Shown here one piece after another: positions 14,065 through 27,267 of a stretch of 64,000 nucleotides of DNA. The DNA lies in NCBI GenBank assembly GCA_951406725.2, contig OX597825.1, positions 17,732,001-17,796,000 of the forward strand. Reading direction: 5' to 3'. Every line of letters starts with the position of its first letter. Positions within the stretch are counted from its first letter, which is position 1. This stretch comes from Octopus vulgaris. Its lineage: Eukaryota. The notes under the pieces are model-generated. The model saw only the letters and a list, made by a program, of their open reading frames with translations, ran no database searches and was not told where the DNA came from. The position numbers and the translations under genes are program-made.

Positions 14065-15387
14065 GCATATATATGTATACAACAATGTGTATATTAATAC
14101 ACATACATGATTAGTATTGTGGTAGAGTTTGTACGCAGCTCTTAAAATGTCCATAATATAATCATATGTCTAACTTTTGTTTATATGTGTATGAATATAT
14201 ATATATCTATATTTATATTCTTATCTTTCTATTAATCTAAATCTAAATCTCTCTCACCGTATATATATATATAAAGAGAGAGAGAGAACGAAAGAAAGAA
14301 AGAGAGAGTGAGGGAGAAAGAGAAGGAAATACTTATATAAATATATGAGCTTGTATATGATTTTGTATGTATGTCTATGCTTTCCGGGTTTTTTTTTATC
14401 TTGACTATTATCATCATGGATTTGACGAGGTTCGAATGGGCGGCGAAGTTCATGGAAACAGCTCCTCCTCTTCTGACAGGCTTATAGACATGTATATGTC
14501 GGTATCTAATCTTGTATATGTACATACGTAAGTATATTTATATTTATCCACTGATAGACAATGTTTTAGTATTGTGACAAAAACTGTCTTTTTACGCACT
14601 TACTTTATCAAGGAATTTTAACGTTAATGTATATCGAGAAAGAATTAAGATTTTAATTTTTGCATGCTTCAGCATTTAACCAAACAAATAATATTTGTCA
14701 TTTCCTTATTTTGATATGTTATTCCTTATATCAATGACTCCACTCCTTTCATAGGGCAAGTGACGTCAGAATCCACGTGGTTGATTTATGCCGTATAGAT
14801 TGACAGACAAATTTTACTTGAAATTTGACATCCTGTAGAACTGAAACAATCTACTCGCGTAGTTCTCACAAACCGACACGGGACACCATATTTTTGCATT
14901 CATCGAAAGGCCGAGTCAAGTAAAGACCCGCTGTTGATGTAGCATTGTAATCAGCAGGAATGCTGGCACATTGACATAATTGGTCACCAATAATAAAGAC
15001 TGACTAGAGATAAAACGCTAGAGAGAGAGCGCGAGAGAGAGAGAGAGAGAGGAGAAACAGAGAGAGAGAGAGACACACTGACTGTCTGTGTGTGCGTTTC
15101 CGAGTGAACTCCGAAAGATCTTTGATTTGCACCTGTTTCGAGTACAAATCAAAATTGATGTGTACAGAGAAATCAGTACACACAGCTACATTAGCTACGC
15201 ACATACACATACGTACACTCACACACAAGCGCACATGCGCAGAGGGATACACACACGCCACCCTCAACAGATACGTATAAATATATACACAAGCACGTCA
15301 TGACACACATGCACCTGAAAAGTCATATACACATACATATATTTATATACCCAATCCTATAAATACATACATGTACTCATATACCTA

Positions 15388-15435
<48 letters not shown>

Positions 15436-15759
15436 CATAGATAAACATACATATGTAGCAAAACATTAAAACGCTGAGATTTGAAATCAGCTGTCGCGAC
15501 TGTTCTTATCGTCTGTGGAGAAATTTTAAAACTGACATATCACCAGCAGTGAGATAGATGGATCGCAGGCACAATAGCATTAAATAGCTATGAATAATTA
15601 ATTTATACGAAGTGCAAGAATGCTTAACAAGCATCCACCTGCTAGAAATAAGAGCTAAATTCTTACATTTATCCACCGTACCGCAAGATAATAGAGAAAA
15701 ACATTATGCAAGGAAAACAGAAAGGATTAAGACATTTAACAGCACATACATACAAACAA

Positions 15760-15794
<35 letters not shown>

Positions 15795-15795
15795 C

Positions 15796-15907
<112 letters not shown>

Positions 15908-15974
15908 TATACATATATATTTATATATAGAAGGAGCTTTATACATATATATATATCTGAAGATTTCCTGAATG

Positions 15975-16005
<31 letters not shown>

Positions 16006-16054
16006 TATATATATATATTTACCTATTTATATGGATTATTATATATATACAATT

Positions 16055-16100
<46 letters not shown>

Positions 16101-17097
16101 TACTTATATACACATATATACGTACACATGCATATATATATGCACAAACATTTATGCATAACTATGTACATACATTCGTATACATGCATACGAAAACAAA
16201 CATATGCACGTATATACAAGCACTCACGCATCAAAACAGCTAACTACCTTAATATTCAAGATCGAATTGATCTCTCTCAACCTATAATACCAAGGATTAA
16301 CCTAAATGACCATAAATCATATTTCAAAGAATATCTTACCGTAAGACTGATTTGCCCTTCCAAACCTGATATGGGGAGATCGAGTAAAAAATTTTAAATA
16401 GCATTATTCCTTCTTTAAAAATCTATTATTTCTCTTAATCTCTGGACAGATTCTTAAAATTTGATAGACTGGTTTGTAAGCTTAACGAAATAAAAACAAA
16501 TAGAACATGAAATTTACAAAATGATATTAATAGCTATTATTTGTCAATTAATCCTACCCTTAATAAAGCTCCCTTTTTTGCTATGGAAAATACAAATACT
16601 GACAAAATGAAATTGATTTAATTCTAGATGACAGGAAAACTACTATCAAATTTGGAAATATATGACGGACTAGCAAAATTAGGCCTGAGAATTTTTGATA
16701 TCATTAACGGATCTAGTGACTCTGCTCTGAGGTCAGAGATCTTGCAGGATTGTATTAATTATACAATATTAAAGAACATACACTTATGTTCACGGAAGTC
16801 TATATATACACGATTGTAATTTTTCTTATATAAACATATTAATGTAGAAATAAAACGTAAAAAAAAAAGAAGAAACGTTACATTCTTTCAAATTACGGTC
16901 TTTCGATTACTGTGGAATGGAATCTTAATACAGCTGATTATTTAGATGTCGCGTTTGATTGAAACTCTGGTTTGTGTAAAACATTTTACAAAATAAATCA
17001 GAATCTTCAATATATACACAAAATAAAAGACAATGATCCATGTGCAATAAAGTATTCAACTGTAAAATGCATTTCACGCCTTCTAAAACTTCAGCAA

Positions 17098-17106
17098 ATA
17101 ATAATA

Positions 17107-17155
<49 letters not shown>

Positions 17156-17210
17156 GGAGGAGGAGGAGGAGGATGAGGATGATAATAATAATAATAACAA
17201 CAACAACAAA
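17098..17210. repeat. Compound trinucleotide microsatellite (ATA)n(GAT)n(GAG)n(AAC)n
   Basis: Directly visible; source of the poly-M/poly-S ORFs. Confidence 0.95.
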
Positions 17211-17519
17211 ATTATGTGACCAGTCAACAGCCGAAGACACAGAAACGCTAATGCAACACAGCAAGACAACTGAAAAATAAGTCACGAAAAACTGGAGCAT
17301 TTACAATTTCCTGTGAGTATTATAAATTTCCCTCGAAATAAGTATAGAAACTTTCATATTTACAGTTTTTGAACACACAAACGATCATCTTTAAAAATTT
17401 TAATATATACAACTTCTGTGAATACCTATCCTTTCCTTTCTCCCTGAGTATTCGAAAATGTAAACATTCTTTTTATTTTAAGAACACTACAGTTTTATCT
17501 GTTCGGGCATATAAACGAT

Positions 17520-17822
17520 CATTGCCTTTCATCCTTTCGGGGTCGGCTATATAAGTACCAGTTACGCACTGGGATCGATATAATCGACTTAATCCGTTTG
17601 TCTGTCCTTGTTTGTCCTCTCTGTGTTTAGCCACTTGTGCGTAGTAAAGAAATAGGTATTTCACCTGTCCTTCTGATCTGAGTTCAAATTCCGCCGAGTT
17701 CGACTTTGCCTTTCATCCTTTCGTGGTCGATAACCTTAGTACCAGTTGCGTACTGGAGTCGATGTAATCGACTGGCCCCCTCTCCCAAAATTTCGGGCCT
17801 TGTGCCTAGTGTAGAAAAGAGT
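17520..17822 (+). mobile_element. Two tandem 5'-truncated SINE family C copies with different tails
   Basis: TTGCCTTTCATCCTTTCG occurs twice; the first copy ends GTAAAGAAATAGG, the second CCCAAAATTTCGGGCCTTGTGCCTAGTGTAGAAAAG. Confidence 0.85.
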
Positions 17823-19130
17823 ATAATGCCAAGTTCCAAATTATATAAAGTCACCCGGGAACTGAAAATTAGTAGCTAGTGTCACGGTTGGATCTGGTTC
17901 GGTTGGAAGTTAACCCAATCACAGGTGGCGTGGGCTAAGCAATTACAATCATAACGATTACAGAACAGAAGACGGTAACAGGGAAACAAAGAGCTTTATC
18001 AAAAACATATATGTAGTAACAGGAAAACTACAGAAGGAAAGATCCAGAGAATCGGCTGTTTTGGTGAAAGCCACCAGGTTTTGGACAAACATATCACTCA
18101 CAAACTATGCATAAACTGGATTAGAAGATCTTAGGTAATACTTCTTTTAGTATATTTACTCTGAGAAATACATATCAACGAAGTTTGAAACAGATAAAAG
18201 GGAGAAGTTCCAGCTGTCGAAGGAAGAGATGTCTTCAGAATTTTATGTTGTGAGAAACAGATGTTTTTGTTTTCTGCTGCGTAAGTTGTGGCAGCATGTT
18301 GCTGGCTAACATATTCATAAAATAAACGTGGAAGATATATAAATGGGAAATATATGAGCGACATCTCCATGTACGGTAAGTTTCAATTGTTCCCAGTCAT
18401 TGCTTTACAGACGATAATAAATGAAGACGCTTGATGCACATTAGAACTGATGTGGATCTTTCTATATGAGTTATTAAAGGATGGAAATGAAGCTGAAGCT
18501 AATGAAACCTGGATTTAGAACTTGCTTCCGTTGTTATAAATCACGTTGAAATTTTGTATAATAGTTTGTTCTATATCGCAACCAATGAAGGGATTTCAAA
18601 TAATCAGCCACTGCTTCACATCATTCATATTAGAAGGTAACAGTGACATCACAGGTTCTGATTCATTCATGGTTGAACTAATATTGCAAGGGACTTCGAT
18701 CAAAGAATGTTTCTGTATGTACGATTTTCAGAATATACAAGAGAGCCAATATATAAGTGTATATATTCAAGTGTCAAAAACAAACTAAAATATGTAATTT
18801 TTAAATTTAAAAAAAGACAGATAATGGTAAGGAGTCTTTCAGTTTTATACATTTATAAAATTATACATTTTACGCATAACTGTACGTTTGAGTAGTTATA
18901 TTAGAAAATATATTGTGAGGATCTTAATTAGAGACAGGGTGATTTTCAAATAATTTCTATAGTTCCTGTTTTCAGTAAAAGAGTAAAGAGTGACTTTTTT
19001 TTATTTTATATTATGGTGAAGTGATGATTTTAACTCAGCACAGACTATATAAATGCAAGACTAAATCTAGTGCATTGTGTTCCGAGTAAACTTCGAAGTG
19101 GCACTGTCAAAAACATTCTTGTATAAGAAG

Positions 19131-19242
<112 letters not shown>

Positions 19243-19390
19243 AATCTATCTCTCTATATATGTATGTATGACCAATTCTTTATCTAAGTGAATTCTCAAA
19301 CCGTGATCTTGTGCTGGTATACAATGTGTCTTACAATTGGAAGAATTACAAGTGTTGTGTACACATACACACATATATATAGATCATTAG

Positions 19391-19450
<60 letters not shown>

Positions 19451-19636
19451 CGCCATGATAGATAGTTAGCCACTACACACATTTTTCTCTCCTTGTTTTT
19501 TCTGTGTCACTTTCTGTAGAAGAGCGTAGGCTCGAAACGTAAAAGACTTTTTCTATTCCTGAGCGTTATACTAATATATCTGTTTGTTTTGTACACCATC
19601 TGTCTTCGACTTTTGATTTTTTTCGTAAATTCTGCC
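19451..19636 (+). mobile_element. ~186 bp non-coding cassette with a minimal hammerhead variant, embedded in (TA)n
   Basis: CTTT-CTGTAGA-A-GAGC.GTAG.GCTC-GAAA-CG-TA-AAAG at 19510-19545; (TA)n on both sides; related copy at 62184-62292 (-). Confidence 0.65.
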
Positions 19637-19790
19637 TATATATATATATATAAATATTAGTTATATGTATATATACACACATACATACTTACACACACAC
19701 ACATACACACACACACATACACACACACACATATATAGGTATACAGTCATGTACACATATATATATATACACATATACATATGGATGTAT

Positions 19791-19865
<75 letters not shown>

Positions 19866-20099
19866 CTGAGAGAGAGGAGCTGACGGAATGTCATGTATAT
19901 GTACATTTGTATAATTATACATCTGTATTTTCATGCGTATGTACGTATGTATATATATATATGTCTGCTGGAGACTGATTCACAGATGAAGTTTAAAGGT
20001 AATATAATTCTATATCACCGAGGCAACCGTTCTGTAATAAAACAATACTGATTTACGTTATTAAATCAAAAAAGTTTCCGTAAATTTTAGAGAGAATAA

Positions 20100-20510
20100 A
20101 GAAACATTTTGAACATTTCCTATTCTCCAAAAATAATCAAAGAAATCTGTAAAGACCATTGCTATAACCGGGAATGGAAACTGAGGCTTACAGATTTCAT
20201 AAATTAATACTTCAGAATAAACAACCAAATCCAAAATTGATCCAATTGTATAGAAAGAAATGTTCAAAAAAAGACATGAAAAATCATTTATATATGAATG
20301 GGATATAATCAGCGATACTATGAGAGAAAATACATGAAAAGTGATATTGTTTCGATATTGGTACATTTTTTTCTGTCTTCAAATTTTGAAGAGACGTAAT
20401 CTGGAAAATACGTTTCAGGCATTGTATGGCAGAATAACTATAGTATTCTTTTCTGGATGTTAGTATTAACAAAGCAGAGACCATAACAATTGAAATTTTA
20501 CAAACATTTC
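20100..20510 (+). pseudogene. Possible decayed Penelope-like RT fragment
   Basis: LFRYWYIFF (~20347; resembles RYxDDIF) followed by SFLDVSINK...ITIEI (~20447; resembles the PLE FLDVxI motif); frameshifted. Confidence 0.35.
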
Positions 20511-20554
20511 TATTGTCTGATTGTGCGTTACTCAATTCTTGTGTGTGTGTGAGA

Positions 20555-20592
<38 letters not shown>

Positions 20593-22344
20593 TATTGTGT
20601 GGCTAGTATCTTACATAAAAGAGACTCAACAAAAGAGACTCTTCTGCTTGCTAAATCATTGTCATGTAAAGTCAATTCGTCAAACATATTTTATTTATTT
20701 ATTAATTTATATTTTGTTTCTTGTCTTTCAAAATTTCAAATACGGAACGAAATTTGAAAATTAGCACATTACGCGTATTTTTATGTCAACAATGCTAAAC
20801 ATTTCTACGCGTCATACAATGTACATGCATGCACACACATAAATTATAAGTATGTATTTTGATAACACTGGTATATCGTCGAGTATTAATCTGTTCAAAT
20901 ACAGTATCAGTTATAACTTAATGAATATGTATACATCTCCTGTTGAATATTTTACTTTCCTTGTGGATCTTTCTGTTCTTAAAGAATCTGGTATCCAGCA
21001 AAGAAGCAAGAATCCCATCACTCAAATTAGAATAACATCTGCAACATCTGCAGCATCTGCAATTTTTATTTCTTGATGATCTTTAGGAAAGTCTTCTATA
21101 TTTTTATTGCTCTACCAAACATCTTTCCTTGCCCAAATGTGTTACTGTGTGGAGACTCTAGCCTTGAAATTAATAGCATAACCACGGGCGCAAATGGTTA
21201 TTGAGATAAATGTGAATTCACTATAGGAATAACGTACCTATAGGTTTCTAAATTTTCGTTGATTTTAGAATACATGTTCACATCTACAAGTCAACATCTC
21301 CACGAATCTTCATATATTTATTCTGTTTCAAACGAATATATCACGTTCTTATACTTGCATATGATAGTAATATCCAGTTAATTTTCTTTGAGACGATATA
21401 TATTCAGAAGAAATTGTGTTTATATTTATTCTCGGGAGGTATTTCCTGCGGATGGCATTGGATACTGTTTGAGCAACACCATGTTGTGGTGGAAACTAGG
21501 ATTTTCATGACATTTTTGAGTAGTTAATAATTACAGATGTTATGTCTAACACAGAAAACAGATATAATCGGCATTTTTACCTCTTGGGTGTTTAAGTGTT
21601 TCAAAGTCTCGCTTGCTTATTTAATATATACTTCTTAGATATCGCCTCCATCTGGATTGCAGACTTTTACGTTTCAAGATTTAGCGTAATGTAAGAATTC
21701 GATTATAATGACCATACACATACGGTAATCACTCATAAGCTCACATACACTCAATAAGAAGTAATTGAGTAATTTCAACACACTAAGAAACATAAAAGAT
21801 GGCTTGATTGAAAAACATTAACAAAAACTATTTATATGTTATGAAATTCCCCACGGATAGAGTAGGCAGATTATGAAAGCTACACAAAACTAAAATTATC
21901 ATACATCATACGTCACAACTGCAAAACCGATGTTGCACAAAACTCGCATCCCACTGTTTAAGTTACTGCAGGAAATTATGAATACTTATAAAACACTGAC
22001 TGAAAAAATATTCTGAACAGATTCCAAAATCGCAAAAAATCTTCTTCAACATCAGTCTGAGATACACGAAAAATCTTGGAGATAATGATGAATCTGCCAA
22101 ATATACTGTTCTAAAGGAACTATAAGTATATGGTGAAGACGTTAACAAAAAATTCGAAATCGAATATTTTCGTGTTTACCCAACTCACACAAACATACGC
22201 ATACAAAAACAAACACACACAAACACACACACACGCACACACACGCAAGCAACACACACACATACATATATATAATATATGTATATATAGTTTATGTAAG
22301 ATATGTATGTATATATATATATATATTTGTAGGCATATATATAT

Positions 22345-22414
<70 letters not shown>

Positions 22415-22761
22415 AGTAAATATGATTATCTAACCACTTGTCTCTCCCTTAGGACTTCGGCCGTTGCACAGCCTTCTTCATGCAATTTCAGCGTATAATA
22501 TATTATATTTAGAAGTCTGCAATAATGACCATGCTACGCATTATTCATGACAATTGTTTATTCACAGAGCAATGCATAAAAAATGTTTATACATGTGCAT
22601 ATACCTGTATAGTGTATACATGCATTTTTGTGAGTATAAGTGAATATTTTTCTATGTAAGATTTAATTTGTGTATATGACCGTGTAACGATGCATGCGTG
22701 TATCTGTATCCATCTATCTATCTATCTATCTAGTTATGCTTCTCCCTCTCTCTCTCTCTCT

Positions 22762-22857
<96 letters not shown>

Positions 22858-23363
22858 TTATAGTTACTTATATATATTTGTATGCATACATTTACCATGC
22901 ATGTTTGGATGTCATGTATGTATATGTATGTGTTTTGTGTACGTATTTATATGTATGCATTATACTTATTTGTATATATATATATATATATACATAAGTC
23001 AGTGCGTATAAATGTCTTTCTGTATGGTCTATATGCCAACTATGTTCATAAGAGCATAGTAGTCAGTGAGTGTTTTTTATATTATTAGTATGTTAATATT
23101 GAAGTGCATATGCTTCTACGTAGGCATGAGTAATGTTTCACTTTATTTCATTGGGATAATATGTCTTTTGAGTTGTAGCTAAAATATATCATGTGTGTCG
23201 AAAAGCTTTTGAACTCTTGATTATTTTTGAAAATTATTGTTGTTCATATTATATGTTGGTTTAATCTATATATCTACAGCTATGTGTTCCATATTGAATT
23301 CTTTATATATTTTATTTTACCCGTTAATATACTTTTAAAAACTATTTATTTTTATATTTACTA

Positions 23364-23574
23364 CAGGGGGTTGGCCAAAATTCACTCGATAGTAAATCAA
23401 AATTCCATAAATACTATTTGTAATTCTGTATTGACTCGAATGGAAAAATGTGTCGCTCAAGAAATACTTCAGTTTGAACAATTTTCATGATGTCTCATTC
23501 ATTTGTTAAACATAAATAAATCTTGGAATTGAGTCTGTTTTGATTTGCTGTCAGATGACATTTGGCCAATCTTG
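23364..23574 (+). mobile_element. Tc1/mariner-derived MITE-like element
   Basis: TA-CAGGGGGTTGGCCAAAATTCA... and ...TGACATTTGGCCAATCTTG-TA form imperfect TIRs; the interior retains a transposase-like C-terminus SVLTRMEKCVAQEILQFEQFS*. Confidence 0.65.
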
Positions 23575-23770
23575 TATGACTAGTTTAAGTCCTCTCCTTA
23601 TCCTTCGTGTTTTTGTTAACATTAAGGCTGGTCAATTCCATGAATTTAGATCATGCAACTGAGTACCACGCTAGATTTATCAAGTCTCAGTCTTTCGTAC
23701 ATTGTTCATGCAAAGAGAAAATTTTGCATCTATACTTTGAGCTGAATCATTGGTGTAACCATGAAACTCT

Positions 23771-23925
23771 AGTAATCTGATGAGCTGGCTTTCTTTCTCT
23801 GCACTGATTTGTAAATATACAATTATAATGTATATTGTGTAGGAGGTATATTAGTGCAGACATCTATACACTTTATGCAGTGCAATTTTTATTACAGGAA
23901 AAGGCTACGAAACGGCCGTTATTCT
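23771..23925 (+). ncRNA. Type I hammerhead motif with very long stem II
   Basis: AG(T)AAT-CTGATGA-G(C)TGGCTTT...AAGGCTAC-GAAA-CGGCCG-TT-ATTCT; internal helix TCTGCACTGAT/ATTAGTGCAGA. Confidence 0.7.
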
Positions 23926-24654
23926 ATTGATGGCAAGTGATTAAATAAATCCATTAACGTCCTGTTAATAACTCCTCATGAAATAATTTCATTGATTTGA
24001 ACTCCTAGATTTCAGCTGCATGAAACTAAGCATTGGATTAATATGTGGTTTGTCAGCCGGTTTTGAACTAATATGTGGTATGCTGCCGTGTCCGCTAGAG
24101 GAGCTTTCTGTAGCACCGTAGTCTCAGTTAAATCCTATATTTGACATCTGACATTTGAAATTTACAGAAGATATTAGTTATATAGCTGTGTGGTTCCCAG
24201 ATTTAACATTCCAAACATACCCACTAATCGATGAACCGTTTCATTGCGTGGTGTTTTATAGAAGAGCATACCCAAAAATATATTTGACCTTCGTATGATG
24301 TGGATTGGATACTGTTCGTAAATCGTGATATCTGTTTTCCAGTTGAGCCAAATGAATCTTCTCACTTTATGACAAGTATTCTTAATCAGCTGTGAACTTA
24401 CAAGTTCATATACTAAGATCTTTGGTTTACAAACGTGAACAATTTTTCTTACTGGCCATTCACACAAAATACTTCAAAACAATCAAATTTCTACAAATAG
24501 TTTCTTTCTTTAACGCATTTAAATTTATCTTCTATTTTCCAAAATCATAGAAGTGTATCGCTTAACTCGGCATACATTATACTATTAATACCAATATCAC
24601 TAACTGTGTGTGTGCGGTGCGTGTGCATGTTTATTTGTGTGCCTCTATGTGTAT

Positions 24655-24699
<45 letters not shown>

Positions 24700-26397
24700 G
24701 TGTGTGTGTATGTATATATATATATATGTGTGTGTGTGTGTATGTGCGCCCTCTCATACATAACTTTATCTATAAATGGAGAAATATGTAGACAGATGTG
24801 TATAAATATACGTAGGTGCATAGGCATCAGTAGTGTATCCTTAGTGTATAAATTGCAAATTGTATGTGTAATTTGTGGAAGGTTATATATTCTGCATTTC
24901 CCGATAAAATATATTTATGAGCTTAGAAAGGAAATTATTGTTACCAGTACATAAACCATAAGGTAAATTATACCTTACAAAAAAAGCAAAAAAAAAGCAA
25001 GCAAAAGCTAAATACTGCCTCACACCTTTTATGTGAGCTAGAGCATGCCCCACACTCTCTTTCTATTTTATTTCAATTGTTTAAAACCGAGACATATTTA
25101 ACGAGCGTTGAAAAGAAATTTATAATAAGAGGTGTGAATGGATGAGTCACACAAACGAAATATAAAAAGAAATTATATCTAATTTCTTTTAAATGTGTCT
25201 ATGTATATTAAGCATGTTATTGAATGAGTTTGTATTGTGTTTTTCAATATTTCTATCTCTCTGGACACATACACATACGTACAGAAATGCATTGATTTTA
25301 CATAAACTCTAAACTATTTTGGTCATTTCATTCGACACTCTCAATATTAACTATATCTCCGTTATTTCAAATTTCCAGCTAAGTGGACTGTCTCAGTTCT
25401 AATCTTTAGAATTCTTAACGAACTCGGTGACAAACATGTAATTAAGATATTATAAACTCTCGAACTGTCTTCATATTCGTCAATTCCTTTCCTTTTTTTT
25501 TATTTATTCATATATTTATTTTTACTTGAACTAATTTCCTATACCGAATTATTTAAACATCAGTTATATTTTCGGAAATGTTCGTTTTCAATTTCTCTCT
25601 GTTTTGACTATTTTATTATATTATTTTATTTTATATTGTTTATTTTATTTAATTTGATTTATTTCAGAGAACTAGAATCATGTTTAAGATGTGGAAAAAT
25701 GATTGAAGGCTTCGAATTTGGAAAAAAGATACAACATAATATTTTCATAAACATCCAGTTAATGTTGTTTTCTTTAACTTTGATCGTTACTTCTGTTTGA
25801 TAATCGTAAATGAAGGATTTATACATGTTTACCTTATCTAATTGATAGTTATCGACAGAAGACTGCAATACGGAAAATCAACAACGTAGCAATGAAAATG
25901 TGTGGTGAGACGATGCGACTTTTACGTTGGCTAAATTACCGGTTATCTAAAAATGCAGATTACTTTTTTTTGTTTTGAGTTTATCTAATTCCCACCGATT
26001 AATATTGCAGCCAGCTAGACTCGTAATCCAGTGTTCTTTCAGAGAAGGAAGATAAATTTACAGGCTCACACACAAATATGCGCAACTTTGCTTTTATTAA
26101 TGAAAATTAATATTAAGTTAATACGAGTTTCCATATGTATTTATTATTTATTTACTGAGAATACTACAGTAGCTTCGTACACCATTGGTGTACCCTTCTT
26201 GTATACTAAGCAAATAACAACGAATAAAATCTTCAATTATTGAATGTTTTCCTTCAGTTTGCCAAACTAATATTTTATGAATGTATGTATATTCCATCCC
26301 TCTCCATTTTGCCGAACACAAACAATACTCAGAATCGAAGTCACACACACATATACATAGACATAAACTCACACCTACACACACACACACATACACA

Positions 26398-26703
26398 GTG
26401 GAGGCACATGACCTAGTGGTTAGAGCAGCGGACTCACTGTCGAGAGATCGTAGGTTCGAATCTCAGACCGGGCGATGTGTGTGTTTATGAGCGAAACACT
26501 TAAGCTCCACGCGGCTCCGGCAAAAGGTAATAGCGAACTTCTGCTGAGTCTTTCGCCACAACTGTCTCTCACTATTTCCTCCTGCATCTTTCAGCTCACC
26601 TGCGACGAACCGGTGGGGAACCTATACGCCAGGTGGGGAACCTATATGCCAAGGAAATCGGGAAACTGGACCTTATGAGCCAGGCGTGGCTCGAGAAGGA
26701 ACA

Positions 26704-26704
<1 letters not shown>
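26398..26704 (+). mobile_element. SINE with A-related head and tail type 2
   Basis: GTGGAGGCACATGACCTAGTGGTTAGAGC...GGTTCGAATCTC; homologous to 63111-63409; internal 20 bp tandem duplication at 26612-26651. Confidence 0.9.
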
Positions 26705-26782
<78 letters not shown>

Positions 26783-27058
26783 AGATATATGTGTGTGCAG
26801 CCTTGTGTGTGCTGATTTCTCTCTATTTATATATATGTGTATGTATTTGTACCGCGGACGCCTATGCATTTACCTCTGCACAGAAATGCATTCACAAAGT
26901 ACACATGAGGATTTGAAACCAATTCTCCAAGACGCAGCGGGTAAATTCCAATCCAGATACCAAAGGATCCAACCTTCCAACATTGATCCTATTTTACTGC
27001 GACTTGCAACTCCCACTTAAGTTGGATTTTCTAATAATTTTGAAGAAAGTTGTCAACC

Positions 27059-27267
27059 ATTTGTAAGCAATAAGGGTATTGACTACATGATTAATTTAAA
27101 CCATGTATTAGGAATTTGTAAGCAATAAGGGTGTTTATTACATGTTTAATTTAAAACATGTATTAGGAATTTGAATGAAATAAGGGTGTTTATTACATGT
27201 TTAACTTAAATCATGTATTAGGAATTTGTAAGAAATAAGGGTGTTTAATTTAGAACATGTATTACGA
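27059..27267 (+). repeat. Minisatellite, ~3.8 x 55 bp
   Basis: Units start at 27059, 27114, 27169 and 27224 (ATTTGTAAGCAATAAGGGTG...CATGTATTAGGA). Confidence 0.92.

Noticed and set aside
14761-14779. CRE (TGACGTCA) plus E-box (CACGTG) as a promoter
   Set aside because: Such short motifs are expected by chance in 64 kb and there is no associated gene start.
27059-27267. CRISPR-like appearance of palindromic repeats
   Set aside because: Units are contiguous with no unique spacers; eukaryotic context and no cas genes.
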